Source: Streptosporangiaceae bacterium
GTDB taxonomy: Bacteria > Actinomycetota > Actinomycetes > Streptosporangiales > Streptosporangiaceae
DNA: 64,000 nucleotides
Assembly: GCA_035532295.1 (NCBI GenBank)
Contig: DATKRH010000242.1
Coordinates: 2,295 to 66,294, forward strand
Direction of reading: 5' to 3'
A program made the translations under genes and the position numbers. The notes beneath the pieces were generated by a model, which worked only from the letters and a program-made list of their open reading frames with translations, did not search any database and was not told the origin of the DNA. Position 1 is the first letter of the stretch. Each line of letters starts with the position of its first letter. This document shows positions 43,241 to 50,578 of this stretch, in pieces.

Positions 43241-43452
43241 CGGGACGTGACCCTTCGGGCAGCGTGCTGTGACCAATTTCGGATGGACTCCAGCGCGCCG
43301 TAGCGTTGTGGCATAACCTGTCTAGGATGACTACAGGTTGTCTGGACCTGCAACTAGCGTCCCAGCTACTCCACTGCCAAACCTCGCAACCGGCGCCGCC
43401 TGGGCGCACGCCACGACTGCCGGAAATTGAGCCATGACATGGGCAGACTGAG

Positions 43453-44133
43453 ATGACGGAACTTGGACGGGGCCCGACCAGCAGGGGCAACCGCTGGCCG
43501 CCGCAGTGCTGCGTGCCCGCGTTTCTGGGAAGCGCAGTCGCTGCGTTCTATGATTGTCCTGATATTATAGATAATGAAGAAGTTCGTCGAAAAATTGCAA
43601 AAATCACGCGCGTGGTGCTTTCACCCAGTGATGAGAACCCATGGAGCCTGCCAACCTCCGCTACCTATGCAGAGTGGGGCGTCACGCGGCAGAAGGCAAG
43701 AAGTAGCTTCACCTCGATACAGAAGTTCCTCACTGGCCGCAGCGATCTGACGCTGGATTTTGTAGAGTTGAATAAGGTTGTTTACGGCATGTACGAGGAT
43801 GCTATTGCAGACTTCGTTCGGGAACAGGCGATCGTCGGCATAGACTTTGATTTCTTTTATCTAGCGCAGTTTTGCCAGGTCGATTGGACTGAATCCGTCG
43901 CAAAGGCTGACCATGTCGTTCGCCTGACACCACTGGGCGACGAAGTTGAGGAGGCCCCTAATATTCTCTCAGCGGAGTTCCGTCTTGATTACTCTAGCCG
44001 CTTGCATGTCTTTGATGATTCGAGCGAGATCGGAAAGTCTGAGTCGCTGGTGGACTGGCAAGCGCTCGTTCGCGCTTCCCGGATTATCGACGGGTCGTTC
44101 TGGATTATCCGACGCCCGGGTCAGGCAGGCTAG
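43453..44133 (+). CDS. Hypothetical protein, possible papain-fold (C39-like) Cys/His/Asp enzyme; first gene of the island operon
   Basis: 226-aa ORF in the AT-richest part of the window. The order QCCVPAFLGSAV ... ADHVVRLTP ... LHVFDDSS resembles Gln-Cys ... H-hydrophobic-hydrophobic ... hydrophobic-x-D of papain-like/C39-like folds. The function call is weak. Confidence 0.55.
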   Translation: MTELGRGPTSRGNRWPPQCCVPAFLGSAVAAFYDCPDIIDNEEVRRKIAKITRVVLSPSDENPWSLPTSATYAEWGVTRQKARSSFTSIQKFLTGRSDLTLDFVELNKVVYGMYEDAIADFVREQAIVGIDFDFFYLAQFCQVDWTESVAKADHVVRLTPLGDEVEEAPNILSAEFRLDYSSRLHVFDDSSEIGKSESLVDWQALVRASRIIDGSFWIIRRPGQAG

Positions 44134-44164
44134 TTATTGGCAAACCCAGCGCAGGCGCTCGTTC

Positions 44165-45814
44165 ATGGCGGTGCGAGCCGACGCAGAAGATCTTGATCTC
44201 TGGCAGGGGAACTGGCCTCTGCCGTATGCGGCCTGGAGGTCTCGGTTGATGAGCGACCAAGGGGAGCCGATGATTTTCGATCCGCTCTATTATTCCGACC
44301 GGCTGACTATTGTGAATCCAGTCGGGGATGTCGGGCTCGTCACCCTGTGGAATCCGTTGGACGCTGCTATGCGCGTGCTGGGGCGCATTTCGCCGGACAT
44401 CCTCGATCCTGGAAAGTCCCGGATCGCCGTCGTGTCAAATCTTTACGGCGATGGCATGTATCAGATGCTGTGTAACTTGCTGTACAACCCGCAGATCCGG
44501 CACCTGATCGCGGTCGGGGAAGACATGGACCTGCCCACAGTCACGGAAATTGGTGCCTTCCTTGAAACCGGCTTGGAAGAGACCGTAATGCTCGGTACTA
44601 CGGTGTGCCGGATTCCCGGCACCACCCGGTTGTTCCCGTCTCTCCGGGACTTCGACGCTCATCGTCTACAGCGCCAGCTCACCTTCTGTTACCTCGGGAA
44701 GCTGGCTGGCGGCGAGGCGGCGCGGAGGCTGCCGGATTACCTCGCCGCGCTCACGCGATACCGGCCGCCGGAGGCCGGGGAGCGGCTGCGGGTCGACATT
44801 CCGCCGGATGACTATACATACCGGCCTTCGGATGTCATGGGTCACCAAGTGGTGCGCCGACGGCCTCTTGACTGCTGGGAGGAACTGGTAACCAGGACGG
44901 TCAGGTTCGGGCATCCCGTCAGCCTGAGCAGCGGCCCCCGGCGGGAACTGCTTAACACTCAGGTGGTCATAACTGACCCGGCGGAGGATGCCGCCGACGT
45001 GCTCGACAAGTACGGTTTTTCCCTGGAGCGTCTTCACGATTATCAGCGGAAGATGCTGGACGGGGAAGTCCCGCCGGGAATCTCGTACACCTACGGAAAC
45101 CGGCTGCGCGGGTACTTCCGGAGAGACGGGAAGAAGATCGACACCCTGAGCTCCGCTGTCCGGACGCTGCAGGCAGACCCAGAGAGTCGGCACGCTTACA
45201 TCTCGCTATGGGACAACGCCGCAGACCTCCCGGGAGACCGGGAACGCGGCTCCTCCGTGCCGTGCCTGGTGACACTGTTCTTCCGGCGCTCGCAAGACCG
45301 GCTGACTCTGACTGCTACGTACCGCTCCCATAATCTGCTCACCGCCTGGCTGCAGAATGTGTACGGGCTGATGGCCATCCAGCAGTGGGTATGCGACCGC
45401 ACTCACATGGCACCTGGTCCGATCACGGTGATCAGTCACTCGTTGGGCATCAACCCGCGCGATCCTCGGTATGAGTTCGCCCGGGGCATCGCCGAGCGGT
45501 GGACGCGGGACGAGGATGTCAACCGCAGCACCGGCAAGCATTCCCTGCGCGAGGACCCGAACGGCTACTTTGTCGTTACCGTCAATAAGGACCCTCCGGA
45601 AATTGTGGCTGAGCACCGATACGGAGGACTGCTCGTGAAGCGCTACCGCGGCGACACGGCTGCCAAGATCGAGCGGGAGGTGATCGGTGACATGGCGGTC
45701 AGCCTGGTCTCGCACGCGCTCTGGCTTGGCCGTGAGCTGATGACCAAGGCGGAGATGCTGCCGCGGCAGCCTGATCGCCGTCGAGCTCCGGCTGAGACCG
45801 ACGAGGGCTCGTGA
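44165..45814 (+). CDS. Three-module fusion protein: MtrA-like N-terminal module, thymidylate synthase/dCMP hydroxymethylase-like core, DUF4346-like C-terminal module
   Basis: N-terminal module: VGDVGLVTLWNP ... VVSNLYGDGMYQMLCNLLYNPQIRHLIAVGEDMD, an MtrA-like pattern. Core: DPESRHAYISLWDNAADL, VPCLVTLFF (nucleophile-type Cys, codon 45263-45265), YRSHNLLTAWLQNVYGL and VISHSLGI line up by eye with TS motifs SRR..WNP, PCH, QRS.D...G.PFN and H.Y. C-terminal module: DPNGYFVVTV...HRYGG...GDTAAKIEREVI, DUF4346-like. Alternative start ATG 44249 has GGAGG 9 nt upstream. The ORF-track start at 43946 overlaps the previous gene. Confidence 0.78.
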   Translation: MAVRADAEDLDLWQGNWPLPYAAWRSRLMSDQGEPMIFDPLYYSDRLTIVNPVGDVGLVTLWNPLDAAMRVLGRISPDILDPGKSRIAVVSNLYGDGMYQMLCNLLYNPQIRHLIAVGEDMDLPTVTEIGAFLETGLEETVMLGTTVCRIPGTTRLFPSLRDFDAHRLQRQLTFCYLGKLAGGEAARRLPDYLAALTRYRPPEAGERLRVDIPPDDYTYRPSDVMGHQVVRRRPLDCWEELVTRTVRFGHPVSLSSGPRRELLNTQVVITDPAEDAADVLDKYGFSLERLHDYQRKMLDGEVPPGISYTYGNRLRGYFRRDGKKIDTLSSAVRTLQADPESRHAYISLWDNAADLPGDRERGSSVPCLVTLFFRRSQDRLTLTATYRSHNLLTAWLQNVYGLMAIQQWVCDRTHMAPGPITVISHSLGINPRDPRYEFARGIAERWTRDEDVNRSTGKHSLREDPNGYFVVTVNKDPPEIVAEHRYGGLLVKRYRGDTAAKIEREVIGDMAVSLVSHALWLGRELMTKAEMLPRQPDRRRAPAETDEGS

Positions 45815-46536
45815 GCGCACCGCTGGTTGTCCTTGACATCGGGTCGTCGCTGGTCGCCGGGCCTGCCCGCGGGCCAGCCTCGCGGATCGCCGAGACCGCT
45901 GGTCTGGATGTTGCACATAAGCGCGCCCTGCACAACCTGCTGATGACGACGGACTACGCCAATTCATCGGACGCTTGCGCTGCTGTACGCGCGCGGCTCG
46001 GGCTAGGCGGCCTGGTGGTCGAGTCAGCCGTGGCCGATATCTGGGACGCGCAGGAGAACGAAGCGAGGTTGATTCCCGGAGCATTCGAGGCTCTGGGGGC
46101 CTTCGTCGCGCAGGGCTGCCGGCTGGCGCTGCTCTCGAACATCTGGACTCCCTATTTCCGGTCAGTCCGCCGGCTGCTGGGCGAGTTCTTCGACGCGCAC
46201 ATCCCGGCTGAGCTCCAGCTGCTGTCCTGCCGCGAAGGGCTGGCCAAGCCGGCGCCAGCGCTGTTCAGCCGGGTTCTGGAGCGGGCCGCCGTCGATCCTT
46301 CGCAAACCCTGATGGTCGGAGACTCCTACGGCAAGGACATCGAACCAGCCATCGCGTGCGGGATGCGCACGCTTTGGCTGTTGCACGACCCAGCACGAGA
46401 GGCACGCGCGCTGGTGCAGGTTCTCAACGGCGCTGCCGCCGCGCCAACCCGGGCGCTATGTTCGCTAGCAGACATCGATATTGCGGGTGCCTGGCTACTC
46501 CAGGTGCTCGCGGCCACTACTACGGCAGGCGATTGA
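45811..46536 (+). CDS. HAD-superfamily hydrolase (subfamily IA-like) with atypical motif I
   Basis: Motif I VVLDIGSSL (the second Asp of DxD is replaced by Gly), motif II LALLSNIW, motif III GLAKPAP and motif IV MVGDSYGKDIEPAIACGM. The GTG start overlaps the upstream stop (GTGA). Confidence 0.8.
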   Translation: MSAPLVVLDIGSSLVAGPARGPASRIAETAGLDVAHKRALHNLLMTTDYANSSDACAAVRARLGLGGLVVESAVADIWDAQENEARLIPGAFEALGAFVAQGCRLALLSNIWTPYFRSVRRLLGEFFDAHIPAELQLLSCREGLAKPAPALFSRVLERAAVDPSQTLMVGDSYGKDIEPAIACGMRTLWLLHDPAREARALVQVLNGAAAAPTRALCSLADIDIAGAWLLQVLAATTTAGD

Positions 46537-46552
46537 CAACCTGGGGAGCGCC

Positions 46553-47182
46553 ATGCGGATTCTTTCAGTCGAGACAATTACGGCCGACCAGTTGCTGTCC
46601 ACGATCCGGCAGACGCGGCTCCGCGGGTTCGGCCGCGCGCAGCCTTACCTCGATGCCTCACTGGAGGTCGTCCACGCGCTTGATGCCGACACTCTGGCCC
46701 CAGCGCAGAACTACGTTCTGACGCCGGGTGTTGCCAAGGTCCTTGACCTTCGGGACGCCTTGCTGCCTGAGGGGGTAGACATCTTCGCCCTCAATGGTGG
46801 GGTGTACGTGACGACGTCGGATGACCCCGGCGAGCGGATCCCGGTCCTCCCGCCTATCGTCGAGGAGTCCCGCGAACCTGACGGCCGGACCGTCCTGCTG
46901 ATCAACGACGGCATGCACCGGATTTTTGCCGCGCGCTCGCTCGGACTGCCGATCTCGATCGTGGTGGCGCGCAGCGTGCCCGCTGAGTATCCCTACTACG
47001 CCTTCGCGCTGGACGGCGGCTGGTCGCGGGTCACGCCGCTGGCGGAACTGCCGGACGGGTACCAGAAGAAAGAATACCGGCAGCCCGCCAATTATAAGTC
47101 ACTCTTCCGCGAATTTAATGATCTGTTCCCAGGGGTCCAGAAAGAACGGAAACAGTCCAATCCGAGTCACCTGGCGATGTAG
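46553..47182 (+). CDS. ParB/Srx-fold (ParB N-terminal domain-like) protein
   Basis: LLINDGMHRIFAARSLG (DGxHR motif, 46907-46921). ATG 46553 follows GGGGAG. Paralogous to the C-terminus of the next gene. Confidence 0.75.
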   Translation: MRILSVETITADQLLSTIRQTRLRGFGRAQPYLDASLEVVHALDADTLAPAQNYVLTPGVAKVLDLRDALLPEGVDIFALNGGVYVTTSDDPGERIPVLPPIVEESREPDGRTVLLINDGMHRIFAARSLGLPISIVVARSVPAEYPYYAFALDGGWSRVTPLAELPDGYQKKEYRQPANYKSLFREFNDLFPGVQKERKQSNPSHLAM

Positions 47183-47228
47183 GACTCCGGCCTCCGGTCG
47201 TCCGTTCAGCTGATGCTGAAGGAGAGCC

Positions 47229-50200
47229 ATGCACCTTGTCACGGATGATTTCCTGGCTAGCCTTGAGCGCGACGGTGACAGCCCGGCCGCCGGGGACGGA
47301 AGCAGCGCGGGTATCACCGATATCTGGATAGATCGTAAGGGGCCCTGGCGTTTCGACATCGAAGTGATCTCGGACCTGCGTATCGACGGCGCGCTACCGG
47401 ATCCGGATGCTGGCTACCCCGTGGCAGCGGCGCGGGCACTGCGTGCCGCGTTTGTCGACCGATACAAGCACCTGCGCGGCGCTTTCAACGTGACGCGCAC
47501 CGCCGACCTGATGGTGAACTGCGGAGACCTGATCGCGGGGCGCAAGGACGCCACCGAAGCCGAGTCGCGCCGGGTCACGTCCGCCTATGCGGATATCTGC
47601 CTGCCCGCCTTCCGCGAACTGCGGGAGGCGGATCGCGAGAAGCGCACGCCAGACCCCGACCGGCTCTTCCCCGACCTGCTGAGTATCCCTGGCAATGAGG
47701 ACGTCTACGGCGGTGGAGGGCCGGTGCGCGGGCCGTGGGCCCCGGCACCGTCCCGGCAGGGGGAGGCTGAGCCGCAGCCTAATCCTTACTATTCGCATTT
47801 CGTCGGTGAACTGGCGGCTAATTCAGACCCGGAACAGAAGCGGCCAGAGTCGCATCCCGTAGCCGCAGTATTCCGGATCATGCCGCGCAGCGACCCCGGA
47901 GCGGCAGGCGGCCTGGAGAACGCACCGATTGCCTACATTGCGGTGATCGGGTTCGACTCCAACAGCGTGCAGTATGAGCATGATTTGGCGGCCGACTACG
48001 GCCAGGTCAGCGAGGAACAGTTGCAGTGGTCACGCGACCTGGTCAGCAGGCTGCGCGATGTGGCGGCCCGCAGCACGCCGCTCTATGTGATCGCCGTGAC
48101 CCACCACAACCTGCTGCCGGTCGAGGACCGGGTCGTGTACCCCCCGGGCGGGGAGGACGACGAGCGCGTGACGAGTTTTCAGAATCTGCTCAGGGGAACC
48201 GCCGGAGTCTGTGACCCGATGTCTCGCCTGTGCGTGACCAGGAACTTCCTCGCGGAGAATGCGCGCGGCACAACCTCGAACGCCTCGGGATTCCTGAGCC
48301 ACTGCCTGCAGTTGCGCGCCTCCCTGGTGCTGCATGGCAACATGCACCAGCGGGCGGTCACGACGCTGGTGAGCACCCCGCTGCTAGCAGGCCGTCCTGC
48401 CACGGAGGTGTCGGTGCTGGCCGCGCCCGCCTTTGCCGCAGGCCGGCCGTCATCGGGAATGGCGCGCATCAGCCTGGATCTGTGGAAGGGCCAGGCAGAG
48501 ATCGCGTTCCACTATGACACCGCACTGGACGGCGGCTCGTCCGACGGGCCAATCCAGGTCATCAGGCCGCTGATCTCGGCCTCCCGGGTAAGCAGCGCGG
48601 AGCGCCGGCTTTACGCGAAGGTCTGCGACCTGGTAGCCGACGCCCTGAAGAGGGACGCGCCGAAGCGCAGTCCCCAGGTGCTGGCCTTCGCCGCCCATGT
48701 CGCCGAGGTCTGGGAGAGCGACGGCTACACCCCGGTCTGCATGCCGGACGGCACGCTCCCGCATCTCGGAGTCGCCACCCGGCAGAACCGCTACTACCTT
48801 CTCCTCCTGCTCCGCGAGACCGAAGGCGGTAACTACGAGATGCTGCTCAGTCGGCACAACCCGCTCCGGCCCAGCGAAGTAGCGGAGTGGGATACCTTGC
48901 TGATGCCTGCCTTCCGGAACGTCAGGGACCTGATGGAGCGATTGCATCTCGATGTCGTCCGGCAGGTGGTGACTCAGGCCGAGGACATGAGACGGGCCTC
49001 TAGCGCCAGGACGTTCGACGATGCGGTGGAACGGATCCAGGAAGGTGGCGGCAACCTGGCGGACGACATCTGGATCGATAAGATCCGAGAACTGGATACC
49101 ACTCGCACGCAGAAGATCTCGCCGGCTACGGGGGAGATCACCGACTATGAATACCGCATGGTCGTGCTGACACCATTCGTGCGCGATCGCCAGTCGGTGG
49201 ACCTGGACTCGGCGGTCGGCAAGCAAAGGAAGCAGCTCGAAGCGGAACTTACCGTGGTCGACTGGCTGACGGAGCTGCCAAGCGTGCAGCTGCGCGGCGC
49301 GCCCCTCAGCGGTCGGCGGACGATTCCGCTTGAGGCGATCATGACTGGCGGCGCTGGCTTGCGCTGGGAGCCAGCCGCCGACCCGGACGACCCGGACGAC
49401 ATCAGTGAGGACGAGGCCCGGCGCCGTACGGTGCTGCCGCCTGGCGCGGTCTGGTTCCCGCTGCCGGAGATCGATGACCGCGAGGGACCGTGGACGCTGG
49501 CTCCGTCGCTCCTGGCGCGCAACGCGGACGTCATGCGATGGGTCGAGCAGCGGCTGATCGCGCGGCGGACGGCAGATGGCCACTTTCCCCCGCACATCGT
49601 GCTAGGGCAGATGAAGGAGACCACCGGTTACCACCTGGCCGAGGGCCCCTTCCCCTACCTCCAGCCGCTCGGCGCCGACGGCAGCGACGCGGGGCTCGCT
49701 ACGTCCACGATGGAGGCCATGAACCGCATCGAGTACACCGGCGACTTCGACCTGCGCAAGCAGCGCCCGTATCAAGGGCTTGACGTCCGGCGGGTCGCGC
49801 TGGTCCGTCGCACGATCCAGGTGCGAAGCGGGCGTCGGCGTGACGTGATTCTGGTTTTCGACGCGACACCACGAGACGGGTCCCGGATAGACCTCTCGCT
49901 CTTCAGGACCTGCCCATCCGATACCGGGAACGGGCTGCTGGGAGTACTGCGCCCCGCGCAGCGGTACGTCCTGGAGGCGGGCCTGGAGCGGGCGGGGTGG
50001 GTCAATGACTTCCTCGCCCAGCACTGCGGTGATGACCCGTGGGGATTCCTGCGGGCGACGTTCGGCGGGGCGGGCGACCCGGTGGCGCTGACCCCCCCCG
50101 TAATCGAGCAGGTACACCCAGATGACTGGGACTCCGACGACGACAGCATGCTTGAGTTCGTTGTGTGTGATGGTAACCACCGCATTATCCGTAAGGTCTG

Positions 50201-50498
50201 GAATGGTGGCGATGTCGCTCCCGCCATTGCCGTTGTCAGCCCGCCGCGTCAGCCGTACTACGCGCGGCCGTTCTCCCCCTATGAGTGGGACATCACCGCG
50301 GGTAACCGCCTCACCGTCTCGCCGGACCCGCGCTTCCGGTACGCGCCCCGGCCGGTTGACCCTGACAAGCTCGAGATCACGCCCGAAGCCCGGGAGGAGC
50401 TGAGGTCGAAACCCGAGGAGTCGCTCTTCCGGCGGTATTACCGGGACATCAGCACCGGTTTCGGCCCGGTGGGCGGGCAGGGTGGCCGCTATGCGTGA
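47229..50498 (+). CDS. Large multidomain protein: degenerate calcineurin-like metallophosphoesterase N-terminus, about 500 aa of unassigned middle, ParB/Srx-like C-terminus
   Basis: MPE-like motif series ISDLRID, NCGDLIAG, IPGNEDVYG, AVTHHNLLP and LVLHGNMHQ. C-terminal EFVVCDGNHRIIRKV (50169-50183). AAGGAGAG precedes ATG 47229. Confidence 0.8.
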   Translation: MHLVTDDFLASLERDGDSPAAGDGSSAGITDIWIDRKGPWRFDIEVISDLRIDGALPDPDAGYPVAAARALRAAFVDRYKHLRGAFNVTRTADLMVNCGDLIAGRKDATEAESRRVTSAYADICLPAFRELREADREKRTPDPDRLFPDLLSIPGNEDVYGGGGPVRGPWAPAPSRQGEAEPQPNPYYSHFVGELAANSDPEQKRPESHPVAAVFRIMPRSDPGAAGGLENAPIAYIAVIGFDSNSVQYEHDLAADYGQVSEEQLQWSRDLVSRLRDVAARSTPLYVIAVTHHNLLPVEDRVVYPPGGEDDERVTSFQNLLRGTAGVCDPMSRLCVTRNFLAENARGTTSNASGFLSHCLQLRASLVLHGNMHQRAVTTLVSTPLLAGRPATEVSVLAAPAFAAGRPSSGMARISLDLWKGQAEIAFHYDTALDGGSSDGPIQVIRPLISASRVSSAERRLYAKVCDLVADALKRDAPKRSPQVLAFAAHVAEVWESDGYTPVCMPDGTLPHLGVATRQNRYYLLLLLRETEGGNYEMLLSRHNPLRPSEVAEWDTLLMPAFRNVRDLMERLHLDVVRQVVTQAEDMRRASSARTFDDAVERIQEGGGNLADDIWIDKIRELDTTRTQKISPATGEITDYEYRMVVLTPFVRDRQSVDLDSAVGKQRKQLEAELTVVDWLTELPSVQLRGAPLSGRRTIPLEAIMTGGAGLRWEPAADPDDPDDISEDEARRRTVLPPGAVWFPLPEIDDREGPWTLAPSLLARNADVMRWVEQRLIARRTADGHFPPHIVLGQMKETTGYHLAEGPFPYLQPLGADGSDAGLATSTMEAMNRIEYTGDFDLRKQRPYQGLDVRRVALVRRTIQVRSGRRRDVILVFDATPRDGSRIDLSLFRTCPSDTGNGLLGVLRPAQRYVLEAGLERAGWVNDFLAQHCGDDPWGFLRATFGGAGDPVALTPPVIEQVHPDDWDSDDDSMLEFVVCDGNHRIIRKVWNGGDVAPAIAVVSPPRQPYYARPFSPYEWDITAGNRLTVSPDPRFRYAPRPVDPDKLEITPEAREELRSKPEESLFRRYYRDISTGFGPVGGQGGRYA

Positions 50499-50578
50499 TG
50501 TCCGCTGGATGCTGAAGCAGCAGTGTTGACCATGCCGCCATAGAATACTTGCCCCTCGCAACCTGACCTGGTCGCTTG

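Noticed and set aside
43156-43490. 65-aa and 97-aa reverse-strand ORFs in the AT-richer spacer before the island operon
   Set aside because: They overlap the transposase relic and the promoter region, and they show no motifs or start-site signals. They are most likely non-coding.
43946-44164. N-terminal extension of the TS-like fusion ORF
   Set aside because: It overlaps the 3' end of the preceding gene in another frame. In-frame ATGs at 44165 and 44249 (the latter with GGAGG upstream) are more plausible starts.
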